DNA of 63,434 nt, counting the filler, from Octopus bimaculoides (lineage: Eukaryota): assembly GCF_001194135.2 (NCBI RefSeq). It is 6 parts of 6 records of this genome, joined end to end, with 100 filler letters (N's around TTAATTAATTAA, not from the genome) between each part and the next. Parts side by side here need not be neighbours in the genome. Positions count along the whole stretch, not along the records: positions 31,046 to 39,228 come from NC_068994.1; positions 39,329 to 63,434 come from NC_068991.1; 4 more parts are not named here. One strand, 5' to 3'. Both the position numbers and the translations under genes were made by a program. Positions 38,393 through 50,984 of the stretch are shown piece after piece. Position 1 is the first letter of the stretch. Each line of letters starts with the position of its first letter. The notes beneath the pieces were generated by a model that worked only from the letters and a program-made list of their open reading frames with translations, searched no databases and was not told where the DNA came from.

Positions 38393-39228
38393 ATGTTATT
38401 GTCATTGTGTATTGTGTTATCAATGGTCCACTGTGTCCTGACCATAGACCTTACCTACCATGTGGAAGAAGAGAGAAGTCCAGGAACATATGTAGCAGAC
38501 ATTGCTGCTGATTCTAAACTTTTAGACAATGTTAAACCATCTGACCAACATTTGATAACATTCAGTCAATTCAAACGAAAGGTGGCACAATTATTTAATA
38601 TCACCAAAACAGGTAAACTGTACACTGCTCAGACATTGGATGCAGAAGATCTCTGTACATTCAATAAAGAATGTTCTAGAATTGTCAAAGTTGTTGTCAA
38701 TAAAGGAACAAGTGTTACAAAAGTACTAAAAATCAAAATTGTAATAGAAGACATCAATGACCATGAACCTGAATTTCCTATAAAAGGAGTAAATATTGAG
38801 TTTGGTGAACATGATCGCAAAGGTTCAGACAGATCAATACCCAATGCTATGGACAAAGATGTAGGATTTCAAAATTCCTTAATACAATATAAATTAAAAT
38901 CAAAGAATGGAGAACCATTCTCTCTGTCAGTGTCTAAAAGAGCTGATGGTATTTCTTCTCTTAAAATAGTTTTGAAAGAATCATTAGACAGAGAAGTCAA
39001 AGACACATATTTATTACAAGTCATAGCTAAAGATGGAGGTTCACCAGCAAAACAAGGTGTTTTGAATATAAATATTTCTATAACAGATTTAAACGACAAC
39101 CCACCTGTATTTTCTAAACCTTTATATAATATATCCATACAAAGTACACATCACAAGTCTAAACCCATCATTGTTTTATCTGTAAGTGATGCTGATTCTG
39201 GTGAAAATGGTAAAATTACTTTCCATTT
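38393..39228 (+). CDS. Pcdh: Protocadherin, cephalopod type; partial (signal peptide, EC1, EC2, start of EC3)
   Basis: Signal peptide; EC1 C-X5-C (LCTFNKEC); DINDHEPEF, LDRE, AKDGG, DLNDNPPVF, SDADSGENG Ca-binding motifs; acceptor ttcttcttcatag-type at 38352; truncated by spacer 5. Confidence 0.97.
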
Positions 39229-39328
39229 NNNNNNNNNNNNNNNNNNNNNNNNNNNNNNNNNNNNNNNNNNNNTTAATTAATTAANNNNNNNNNNNNNNNN
39301 NNNNNNNNNNNNNNNNNNNNNNNNNNNN
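39229..39328. other. Artificial scaffold spacer 5
   Basis: N44-TTAATTAATTAA-N44. Confidence 0.95.
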
Positions 39329-39373
<45 letters not shown>

Positions 39374-39395
39374 GCAACATATACATATATACATA

Positions 39396-39570
39396 TATGA
39401 CAGGCTTCTACACAGTTTCCGTCTACCAAATTCATTCACATGGCATTGGGTGGCAGCCTAGAGCTTATAGTGCAATAGAAGAAGACACTTGCCTAAGGTG
39501 TTGCACAGTGGGACTGAACCCAGAACCATACAAATGCAAAGTGGGCTTCTTCAACCCCACAGCCATGCCC
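39396..39570 (-). mobile_element. SINE family A, head half
   Basis: Homology to the family head. Confidence 0.75.
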
Positions 39571-40060
39571 ATGCCTACATCAATGTTCAAAAATAGAAAA
39601 TTCACGGTCTGGCAATTCGGATGAATTTAGCAACAGTCAAAATCTGTTGCATGCTTTTGAACCAGGTCACAAAAGTCTGAGAAAAAAAAAAAAAACTCAA
39701 TATATTGACAAGCTACATCCTTCTACAGCAAGCCATGAGTCATGGATTCCAATTCCCTTTTCAATCCACTAGTTCTGAATGCCTCCCAAAGATTTTAGAC
39801 ACTGTACAACTAACTGACTGAGACATGATAGGATAGTTCTTGTTTTTCTTCAAACGGACTCGACTCCTCGCTGTTTACTCCTGCTTCTTTCTATGTTGTA
39901 TTTGTGTTTGCTTGGCATAATTTTCACATTGGCAAACAGCATCTCAAGTGTTATAAATTAGCGCTGTATGTTAGATGACTACGTAATCTAACTGTGTAAT
40001 AGACGACTATAAACTATTGAGATGAAAGTGAAAACAGGAATTATGGGCCAATATTCCCAA

Positions 40061-40102
<42 letters not shown>

Positions 40103-40231
40103 TCATGCTGGGGCATCACCTGGAAGAATTTTAGTGTGAAATGAATTGACACTAGTACTTACATATAACACACAAATATACACATATATAATACAAATAT
40201 ATATATACATATTCATAAATATACCTACAGA

Positions 40232-40285
<54 letters not shown>

Positions 40286-41009
40286 CACACATATATATAC
40301 ATACATATATACATACACCTAATTATCATACAAGCTTCTATTTATATCTATCTATCTATCTATTTATCTGCCTATATACATATATACATACTTATATATG
40401 CAATCACACACCAACACACACACTGATATGAGAGTGTGTGTGTGTAGCTTTTAAATTTAGCTGTTCCATGCTGATATGCACGAGTTGGAGAGAGACGGAG
40501 ATAGAGAGAGAGAGAATCATTCAAAGATAGAGGGAGTGATCTTACTAGACCAAATGCTTGTATATTTTGACATACATTTCTTCTGTTTTCCTCCTTTGTT
40601 GAATATTATTAATTAGTTCAGTTCAGTTTATAACTGAATTTAACAACAGTGTAATCTTTCATTTCATGTTCACCCATTTAATTTATAATTTCACACCAGT
40701 TTTGTCACATAGTGATCTACTCTGTCACAATTGCTATTCACATGTCTTCTTCAATGCTTCAGAAAAACTTGTTTATTGTTTAAACTGTTTTGCATAATAT
40801 GAATCCAACTTCAACCTAATTTTTTTTATAAACAAAACCTGGTTAAACATTTTTTTTCTCTAGCAAAATAAAAGTTAAACAAACTACAAATAGACAGCTT
40901 ATAAAGTTAATTAATGTATCTTTTAAACTTTTATTGTGGACTCTCTCACATACATACATTTTTTATATTCATTGCACCACCTTCAAGAATGTTTTGTCAA
41001 ATGAATAGA

Positions 41010-41143
41010 CCTCAGTTCTTATTTGTTTTTAAGCCTGGTACTTATTCTATCATTCTCTTTTGCTAAACCACTATGTTATGGGGACATAAACACACCAACA
41101 CCAGTTGTCAAGTGATAGTGAGGACAAACATAAAGACACACAC

Positions 41144-41188
<45 letters not shown>

Positions 41189-42155
41189 NNNNNNNNNNNN
41201 NNNNNNNNNNNNNNNNNNNNNNNNNNNNNNNNNNNNNNNNNNNNNNNNNNNNNNNNNNNNNNNNNNNNNNNNNNNNNNNNNNNNNNNNNNNNNNNNNNNN
41301 NNNNNNNNNNNNNNNNNNNNNNNNNNNNNNNNNNNNNNNNNNNNNNNNNNNNNNNNNNNNNNNNNNNNNNNNNNNNNNNNNNNNNNNNNNNNNNNNNNNN
41401 NNNNNNNNNNNNNNNNNNNNNNNNNNNNNNNNNNNNNNNNNNNNNNNNNNNNNNNNNNNNNNNNNNNNNNNNNNNNNNNNNNNNNNNNNNNNNNNNNNNN
41501 NNNNNNNNNNNNNNNNNNNNNNNNNNNNNNNNNNNNNNNNNNNNNNNNNNNNNNNNNNNNNNNNNNNNNNNNNNNNNNNNNNNNNNNNNNNNNNNNNNNN
41601 NNNNNNNNNNNNNNNNNNNNNNNNNNNNNNNNNNNNNNNNNNNNNNNNNNNNNNNNNNNNNNNNNNNNNNNNNNNNNNNNNNNNNNNNNNNNNNNNNNNN
41701 NNNNNNNNNNNNNNNNNNNNNNNNNNNNNNNNNNNNNNNNNNNNNNNNNNNNNNNNNNNNNNNNNNNNNNNNNNNNNNNNNNNNNNNNNNNTATATATAT
41801 ATATATATATATATATATCTGAGTGGTTGGCGTTAGGAAGGGCATCCAGCTGTAGAAACTCTGCCAAATCAGACTGGAGCCTGGTGTTGCCATCCGGTTT
41901 CACCAGTCCTCAGTCAAATCGTCCAACCCATGCTAGCATGGAAAGCGGACGTTAAACGATGATGATGATGATGATGATGATATATATGTATATACATTTA
42001 CTTCTTTCAGTTTCTGCTACCAAATCTACTCACAAGGCTTTATTTGTTCTGAGGCTACAGTAGAAGACATTTACCCAAGGTGTCACTAGTGGGACTAAAC
42101 CTGGAACCATGTGGTTGGGAAGCAAGCTTCTTATCACACAACCACACATGCACCA
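41010..42155 (-). mobile_element. SINE family A whose internal microsatellite holds a gap and an RTE-tail insertion
   Basis: 3' half at 41010-41160, head half at 41995-42155. Confidence 0.65.
41821..41978 (+). mobile_element. RTE(X) 3'-end-derived repeat (family C) with (GAT)n tail
   Basis: gtggttggcgttaggaagggcatccagc...gcatggaaagcggacgttaaacgatgatgat; other copies at ~42330-42520(-), 43860-44145(+), 45620-45880(-), 55260-55540(-), 61650-61840(+). Confidence 0.85.
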
Positions 42156-42256
42156 TATATATATATGGGAGAATATACAAATAATAACAACAGACGAGGA
42201 CAGGTGGTGTAAATAACAAAAGGATGTATTAGTATGACGCTCGGGAATACGGAAAG

Positions 42257-42293
42257 TCTTTGACGTTTCGAGCTATGCTCTTCAACAGAAAGA
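42257..42293 (-). ncRNA. Minimal type I hammerhead-like motif with A6U core (HHR-2) inside a ~150-bp insert (42167-42317) flanked by (AT)n
   Basis: TCTTT-CTGTTGA-A-GAGC-ATA-GCTC-GAAA-CGT-C-AAAGA: perfect helices I and II, palindromic ACGT, GUC triplet. Confidence 0.75.
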
Positions 42294-42626
42294 ATACGGA
42301 GACAAGGAGAAAAACAATATATATATATATATCATCATTGTTTAATGTCCTCCTTCCATGCTGGCATCGGTTGCATGGTTTGACAGGAGCTGGCCAGGCA
42401 GGAGCCTGTGCCATCCTTCCGTGCCTGTTTTGGCATGGTTTTTACAGCTGCATGCCCTTCCAAATGCCAGCCACTTTACACTGTGGACTGGGTGCTTTTT
42501 AAGTGGCACCTGCGCTAGCAGGGTAACCAAGTAACTTTACAAGACAAGGGGTCTTTCACACACAAACACACACACAATATAAACCAATATTTTTTTTTAT
42601 TCTAATACATTGTGTATTTGTGTCTA

Positions 42627-42849
42627 GAGAAAGTCATTATGCCAATATTATAAACACACACACACTGGTTCAATTCCACTTCTTTATTATTAGTCAATTA
42701 GTTAAATATCCAACTAACTAATCAATTGTTTGTTTAATTTGGTTAAAGAAACAATTGATTACTTAATTGATTACACATCTAACCAGCTGGCTAATAATAT
42801 TGGAGTGGAATTGAATCAGTGTATGTGTGTGTTGGCATAATGACTCCTC
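42627..42849. repeat. Foldback (long imperfect inverted repeat), MITE-like
   Basis: ~100-bp arms (gtcattatgccaa...atcaattgttt / aaacaattgat...ttggcataatgac), 17-nt loop. Confidence 0.85.
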
Positions 42850-42977
42850 AGGCACAACAAAATTTGTTTCAACACACGAATTCACAGAGTATCCTGAAAA
42901 CCAGATACAAAACCACTGTGTTTATTTAAATTAAGTTAGCAGTTATATACCTCACTTTATGTATCTCCCTTTCTCTC

Positions 42978-43028
<51 letters not shown>

Positions 43029-43498
43029 TCTTTCACCCTCTTTATACATATTCATTCTCCTTAGTAGCCGATTTCTACAGCTTTGACCATATATGTTGAA
43101 CTATTTCACTCAATTGGTTTATATTTTGAAAGGTTTTAATCGAGGAAGGTTTACGTAATGGATGCATTTCTAATTATATATTACGCAAACCCGAAACATA
43201 CATGCTAAATGATTTCAGAAAATATTTTCAAATATTTCATTTGCCTACATTATTACAACTTACACGATTTGATGCCAGTACAAACGAGCCAGTCCAGACT
43301 TCACTTAAGTGGATACTCAAACAACAGCTTGGAGTAGTTTGTTGTATTTTCTCAAGTCATAAGTTCTGATACCATGTTACACTTCTAAGCAGGACATGAA
43401 ATTACATACATACATACATATATGGTTGCCAAGCAGTGGTGGGGGACAAACACACACACACACAATATGTATATATACAATGGGCTTCTTTCAGTTTC

Positions 43499-43730
43499 TT
43501 ATTTTTTTATTGCCCACAAGGGGCTAAACATAGAGGGGACAAACAAGGACAGACAAAGGGATTAAGTTGATTACATCGACCCCAGTGTGTAACTGGTACT
43601 TAATTTATCGACCCGGAAAGGATAAAAGGCAAAGTCGACCTTGGCGGAATTTGAACTCAGAATGTAACGGCAGACGAAATACCACTAACCATTTCGCCCG
43701 GCGTGCTAACGTTTCTGCCAGCTTGCTACC
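43499..43730 (-). mobile_element. SINE family B (B1 tail), full length, nested in SINE-A with 10-bp TSD
   Basis: Flanks tttcagtttc (43489-43498) and tttcaggttc (43731-43740). Confidence 0.9.
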
Positions 43731-44937
43731 TTTCAGGTTCTGTCTACCAAAATTCACGTACTGTTGCATGATTAATCAATTCCTGCCTATCATTTTAATT
43801 CTCTCTCCTCGCATTCTAATTTCATTACATCAAACTTAAGTAAAATCGCTGTCTTCCACACATACAGACTTGTCCTTCCAGGTGCCGGTGTCACTTAAAA
43901 AGCAGCCGTGCCAGTGCTGCATTGATGCACATGTGCAGGTGCTGTACAAATGCACCCATGCCAGTAGTACCCAGCACACTCCTCTGTTAAGTGGTCGCCA
44001 TTGGGAAGGAGTATCCAGCTGTAGAAGCCATGCCTCAACAGACACCTGAAGTCCGGACAGCTCCCTGCTAGACAGCTCTATGTCAAACTGTCCAACCCAT
44101 ACCAGCATGGAAAGCAGATGTTAAATGATGATGATGATGATGATGATTCTCGTTGGATTGACAGAATCATACATCATCAAACATAATGCTTTGTAATATC
44201 TAGATACAATACTGTACTTTCCAAGTTCAAATCTTGCCAAGGTGATCTTAGGCTGTCAGCAACCTTTCAGGGTTAATGAAATGAAGTTGAGTATTTGGGC
44301 TGAAGTAAACAACTAGTCTTCCCCCCTTCAAAACTATTGGCCTTAAACCTATATTAAAAACAACACTTTGTGTGCGTGTGAATGGGGTGGGTGTGTGAAT
44401 AAGAGTAAGTAAGAGTTTATGCAACCTAGTAATTCAATAGCAGCAGTTACCGTATGGCAAAAACAGCAATTAACACAATCTAGAAAAATAAGTGGTTTTT
44501 AGTGTGTTTGCCCTGTTTTGCATTTCTAAACAAACACTTAATAAAGGCGATCATAGCGGCTGAACAATCCTAGTTTAACCAGCCCTGAGAAGAAAGCTAA
44601 ATTTAATACACGCATACAGACAGACATAAACACATGCACATATGCATTTATACATGTCTGCATGTACATACAGATAAAGCATTGTCACGGTGTCAGTACA
44701 GCTTCAGTCATAGAGCAAAATGGTGCGAAAGTTTGCAATAAAGAAGTAGGCATGTAAATAGACAGACTAAGACACAATGTCCAACATGGGAAAAAAGTAC
44801 TATAGAAAGACGAAAAGGAAGAGAGGAAACCGGAGAGAAAATCTATGTATGTCCAACAAAGGACATTGTCTGGAGATATCAGATACTAACTGCAACTGTT
44901 TGTAATCAATCGTCATGGATCTATCAACATATAGATA

Positions 44938-44990
<53 letters not shown>

Positions 44991-46195
44991 GGTATGTATA
45001 TTGATGTGTATATATACATGTGCATATATTTATATGTATAGATATATATATGCGTATGTATATATACGTCAATGAACATGAACATCTGAGAAAGCCGACC
45101 ATCAGAAATTAATGTACAACAACTATAATAATAACAATAACAACAACAACGACAAAAACAACAATAATAATAAGAAGAACAACAACAACATTAACAATTA
45201 TGATCTAGATAAAGCAGGAATTGTTGGAGAATAAGAATATAGTATATAGTTGTATTTAAATACACAGTTGGTGAGATTTTCACTGGCAGTCTGTCCGTCC
45301 CTTTGATGCAGAGAATGGCAGGTTTTTAAGAAGAGGTTGTGTGTTCAGAGAGACATGAGAACAAAAGTCACAGACAAAAAAAGAAAAAGGAAAGGAAAGC
45401 CAAGGAAAAGAATAACTCGGTTAGAAGAATGCTTTTCATCACAATCTGCTGAAACAGGACTAAACAATAACACATATAAGTAGTGCAAACCTTGTTCACC
45501 TGGTATGAATTTTATGTTATATTTTATCTTTTGTTTGTTTCATTCATTGGACTGCAGCCATGCTGTAGGGGTGGGGGCAATGCATTGATAGGTGTTAATT
45601 GAAGAAACCAATGCCAGTACTTCTTCATCATCATCATCGTTTAATGTCCGTTTTCCATGCTGGCATGGGTTGGATGGTTTGACTGAGATCTGGCAAGCCA
45701 GATTGCTGCACCAGGCTCCAATCTGATCTGGCAGAGTTTCTACAGCTGGATGCCCTTCCTAATGCCAACCACTCTGAGAGTGTAGTGGGTGCTGCTTACG
45801 TGCCACCAGCACAGAAGCCAGTCAGGCGGGCCTAGCATCGATCACATTCAGATAGTGCTTTTTACGTGCCATTGGCACGAATTGAAAGAAAAAAAAAGAA
45901 AAATGAATTGTTGCACATTTGATTACACTAAGTTACAGGGATGTAAACGTATCAGCACTGGTTGTCAAATGATGGAAGTGGGATGACTAACTAACACACA
46001 CACATGTATGTTTGTATATGTGGCTGGCTTCCACACATTTTTGTCAACCAAATTCATTCACAAAGCATCGGTGGGCCTAGGGCTATAGTAGAAGACAGCT
46101 GCCGCACAATAGAACTGAACCTGAAACCATGTGATTGCAAAGCAAGCTTCTTAACTACACAGCCATGTCTGCACCCTTATTATGTTATATTATAC

Positions 46196-46590
46196 TAAGG
46201 CAGCTAGCACGCCGGGCGAAATGCTTAGCGGTATTTCGTCTGTCTTTATGTTCTGAGTTCAAATTCTGCTGAGGTTGACTTCGCCTTTCATCCTTTCAGG
46301 GTCAATAAAGTAAGTACCAGTTGCGTACTGGGTCGATCTAATCGACTGGCCCAACCTCCTGCAAAATTTCAGGCCTTGTACCTAGAAAAGCTTATTTAAG
46401 GCAGAATCGTTAGCGAATCGGTAAATGCTAAGCGGTATTTCGCCTGTCGCTACAATCTGAGTTCAAATTCCGCCGAGGTCGACTGTCTTTCTGCTTTTCC
46501 GGGTTGATAAATTAAGTACCAGTGAAACACTGGGGTCAGTGTAATTGACCAGTCTTCTCCCTCAAAATTTCAGGCCTTGTGCCTATAGCA
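46196..46590 (+). mobile_element. Two tandem SINE family B copies (B2 tail); a further copy at 47190-47405
   Basis: Same head and core, tail ...aaaatttcaggccttgtgcctaga. Confidence 0.85.
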
Positions 46591-46635
46591 GAAAGGACTA
46601 TGTTATATTATACTGTAAATATATAAAACCGATTG

Positions 46636-46671
<36 letters not shown>

Positions 46672-46890
46672 GTAGGAGAGTCATTATCATCATCATCATC
46701 ATCATCATCATTGTAAATGAGGCCTTAATGTGTTTGTATGTCAGCAGTTTTAGCATTAAACAATGAATTTATTTTAAAGTCCATGCCTCTTTCATGAATG
46801 TATATTTTTAATACATTCCTTTCCCAGTCAAGCATAAACCAAATGGGTTTATAGTATTCTTTATGGTATTACGAACAATGTTAAAATAAT

Positions 46891-47082
46891 AAAATATTCT
46901 ACCTGTTTTATGTTCAAACAGGCCATACCTGGTCTCTCACACCTACCCTACAATGTCATAGTAAAAATAAACATTCCCATCATCAAAATCACAAAGGTAC
47001 AAGAAAATGCATGATTAATTCAAAACAATGTTAATATATAAGCATTGCATTTGAATGAATAATCTGAATGCTAAAGAATTAA
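46891..47082 (+). mobile_element. piggyBac-like MITE, left end missing
   Basis: Homologous to 49536-49755, ends ...ctaaagaa|TTAA. Confidence 0.7.
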
Positions 47083-47990
47083 TGTGAGAAAATCCCAAAC
47101 TACCAATAGTTACTGGGTTATTTTCATGGGCAAGATTCCATTCTATTAAAAATGTAAATACCAATCTTGGTTTTAACATTTTACCAAAATAAGGCACGAG
47201 CTAGCAGAAACTTTAGCACACTGGGTAAAATGCTTAGAGGTACTTCGTCTGTCTTTATGTTCTGAGTTCAAATTCCGCCGAGGTCGACTTTGCCTTTCAT
47301 CCTTTTGAGGTTGATAAATTAAGTACCAGTTACGTACTGGGATTGAACTAATCAACTGGCCCCCTTCCCCAAAATTTCAGGCCTTGTGCCTAGAGTAGAA
47401 AAGAACATTTTACCAAAATGCTTGCTTGCTAAAAAGTACATCTCATCCAAAAATATCATGTACAAATTTATTAACTTAGCAAACCTATGCAAACAGATGA
47501 AAGTTTGTGAAATTTTAGAAGATAAATCAAAAAGAGCAACAACAAAAAAACTGATTTGTTTCTGCTCTCTGAAATTTTAATCTTATATTGTTGCATTCTC
47601 CGAATATTTAAACAGATCAAAAGAAGACATTCAATCAGCCATACAATACGCAATTTCTTTGATACTGTAAAAGCAACTTTTTTTCTTTCTTTCCCACTGA
47701 AAAAAGATAGCAGGTCAAATAAAAGGTAGATCAGAATGGTAGTCTTGATGAAAGAAAGATCAAAAATGGAACGGTAAGTCTTGATAAAAGGAAGATCAAA
47801 TTGGTAGTCTTGATAAAAGGTAGATGAGATCATAAATATTCAGGTTTTTCATTGGTTAGCAACAAGGTATGGCATCAAAAATAAAAGAGCGGGAAAAAAA
47901 TATGGAAATTTGGGGCTTTTATGAAGATGGTATATCAAGGAAAATTAGATATGTTAATGTCTTCACATAGAATTAAATTCACTTTTCTGA

Positions 47991-48028
<38 letters not shown>

Positions 48029-48088
48029 NNNNNNNNNNNNNNNNNNNNNNNNNNNNNNNNNNNNNNNNNNNNNNNNNNNNNNNNNNNN

Positions 48089-48123
<35 letters not shown>

Positions 48124-49226
48124 CATCCATTATTTGATATCACTTTCAGAAATTATAGAATTCTAGCGAAATTCTTCATTTCGGAAGGCAAGTAGCTGGT
48201 TACAGTCGAGAGTTGGAGTCCCAATGGTCCAATGGTGATTAAGATATGGTAACCTTTACTGAAGGTCAACCGATAAATATACAGCAACTTTGCAATGTGG
48301 TGGTGTGGGCATCAATAAAAGTCAACAAGTTCAACTGCCACAAGCACATCAAAGGCTCTAAACTTGCATGGTTTAATACGAAACCTTAGAAGACAAAAAC
48401 GCACTCATCAGAAAATAAAAAAATAAAACAGCTGAAGTCAATACTTGTACCATATATGTGTTTGTGTGTGTATTTATGTATGTATGTGCATGTATGTATG
48501 TAGACATAAACACACACATACATATATATACATATATCGGTACACACATATTTTATAACAACAAAATGGATATATGTATGTATTATATACGCATACATAT
48601 ATGGAATTCCCAAAAGTGGTTATCAATATCATTTCAGCTCGGAATTATAGATAGACAGCTAGTTTGTAAAATGTACTCCAAACTAAGAACCTAACATGAT
48701 GCCATTCACAACAGTTAGAATTTATAGATCAACAAAAATTGCAAACCTTTGACTGGCTAACCTCTCTATCTCTCCCAGAGGGCATTTTACATCTGCTTTC
48801 CTCATCTTTAAAAAGTTATGCTATGTTCACTGCAAAGATCAATGTCATCTTATATAACTAGTAGTCATCAGTAGATTTGCAATTCCCATAAAGGATAAAG
48901 TATAACCATTGAACAAAAAAGCACATTCAAAATAATCAAAGGAAAAAGAAAGCAAAGAGAAGAAATTTTACTTTTTTTGTATCATTTCTCATCAATTTGA
49001 CTAAAAAAAAAAATGGCTACCTCACAAGCAGCAAATGAAATTACAACTGCTTTTATTTATTTTTTTTTGTTTTACCCCTTGTTATTCTACACCTGACAGT
49101 TTGACATACCTTTTAAAACATCCAGCTATATTTCAAATCTTTCAAATTCATTAAAAATCATATCAACACATACAAAACCTACCATACTATGATTCCTTAC
49201 CATACTAGCTTCACTATGCTCCACAG

Positions 49227-49847
49227 CAGTACTTCTCAAATGGGGTCTGTATGACTGCTGGGGATCTATGTAAAATTTTGTGGGGTCCACACAAATGAAA
49301 TAATACATTGGGAATCCACATTAGTATTGAAAAGGTTCATGAATAAATTTTGCTTCTAGATATATTTATTGCAAGAAACAGCTAAGGTTTCTTTCTTTAA
49401 TATTTTACTTAGTTTAACATGTTTCCAGTCATTAAAACATGTTCTCTCAATGAGTGTTGTTGAAAACTTATACAAGTAAACATGTGGAAAACAATATAGG
49501 AATTTAGAAAGACATTTTAAACATTGTTAATTTAACCCTTTAGCATTTAATCTGGCCATACCTGGCCCAAATATTCTTCCTGTTTTATGTTCAAACTAAG
49601 CTGATCTGGTTTCTCACACCTGTACTATAATGTCATTATAAGAATAATTAGTCGCATAACCTAAATTCCAAAGCTACGAGATAGTGCATGATTCATTTAA
49701 AACAATGTGAATGAATAAATATTACATTTGAGAGAAAAATCTGAATACTAAAGGATTAAAATGGTTATGGGGGGGGGGGTCCACCAGAATCAAATAATAA
49801 TCAAAAAGCTTCATAAATAAATTTTTAAAAATGGCTGAGAACCACTG
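49227..49847 (+). mobile_element. hAT-Charlie-like MITE containing a piggyBac-like MITE
   Basis: TIRs CAGTACTTCTCA / TGAGAACCACTG; 8-bp flanks ctccacag / cactacag (6 of 8 match). Confidence 0.7.
49536..49755 (+). mobile_element. piggyBac-like MITE, complete
   Basis: TTAA|CCCTTTAGCATT ... AATACTAAAGGA|TTAA. Confidence 0.8.
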
Positions 49848-50077
49848 CACTACAGAAATAAAAATTGTGAAGTATCCACTCAAATGTGCTTCGCAACTCA
49901 ACTAGTCAAATGACTCAGTTGAACAGAAAGGAAATTATTTAAGAGATTATAAGGCCACACCTTGTCAAATGGTGTTGTTTTTCTTTATCAAAAGGATCCA
50001 CCTTCTGAAATTAATAGGCAATAAATTTACTTAAGCGGTGTGGGTATTGTGTGGAAACAGTGGTGCACAGGTTTTAA

Positions 50078-50327
50078 CACATTTTTGACATTAACCTGCC
50101 CAATATCTTCCCTGGTTTTATGACACAAACTTAACTGCTTTAAAGTGATCTAATTTTTTAAAAGAAAAAGAAAACCTTCCATCAAAATTTTATGTTAATT
50201 TATGTTCTAAACTCCAGCTAAATAATGACAAAGTTATTTTGTTATTTTGTAATTTCTTCACGATTTTTAAAATTAATTGAAAGAACAGCAGTGTATGTAT
50301 TTTAACAAAAGCATGACAACGAAAGGG
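50078..50327 (+). mobile_element. Second piggyBac-like MITE family
   Basis: Ends ...acgaaaggg; homologous to 10924-11748. Confidence 0.6.
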
Positions 50328-50389
50328 TTGGTACAATGTTAATTTCAATTTAGTTTGAATCATACAAATATGGTTTCAATTTTCAACAG

Positions 50390-50960
50390 ACATAGCTCTG
50401 TGACTTAGAAGCTCGCTTAATAACCATGTGTTTTCAGATTCAGTCCCACTACGCGACACCTTGAACAAATGTCTTCTACTATAGCCTCAGGCCGACCAAT
50501 GAGTGAATTCAACAGATGGAAACTGTGTGGAAGCCTCAAAAATATATGTATGTGTGCATTTGTGTATTTCCTCCACCATTATTTGACAACTGATGCTGGT
50601 TTGTTTTTGTCACTGTAACCCAGCGATTCATCAAAAAGTGCTGATAGAATAAGTACCAAACTTTAACAATGAGTGAATTCGATAGATGGAAACTGTTTGG
50701 AAGCCCAAAATATATGTGTGTGTGTGTGTGTGTATGTGTGTGTGTTTGTGTATTTGTGTTTATCCCCCATCATTGTTTGACAATAGGTGTTTGTTTTCGT
50801 CCCTGTAACTTAGCATTTCAGCAAAAAAGACTAATAGAATAAGTGCCAAACTTTATAAATAAAAAGAAAAAAGTATAGGGGCTGATTTGTATGACTAAAC
50901 ATTTCATTCAAGACAGTTTCCCACCATGGCGGCAGTCCAATAATTAAAACAAGTAAAAAG
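50390..50960 (+). mobile_element. SINE family A (older) with internal tandem duplication
   Basis: Module tgagtgaattc...aataagtaccaaacttt occurs at 50500-50669 and 50670-50860. Confidence 0.75.
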
Positions 50961-50984
50961 ACTGATGATAAAAGATTCCGTATT

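Noticed and set aside
48140-48400. Minus-strand acceptor at 48385 followed by unique sequence
   Set aside because: All three frames stop within 40 codons and no donor is evident.
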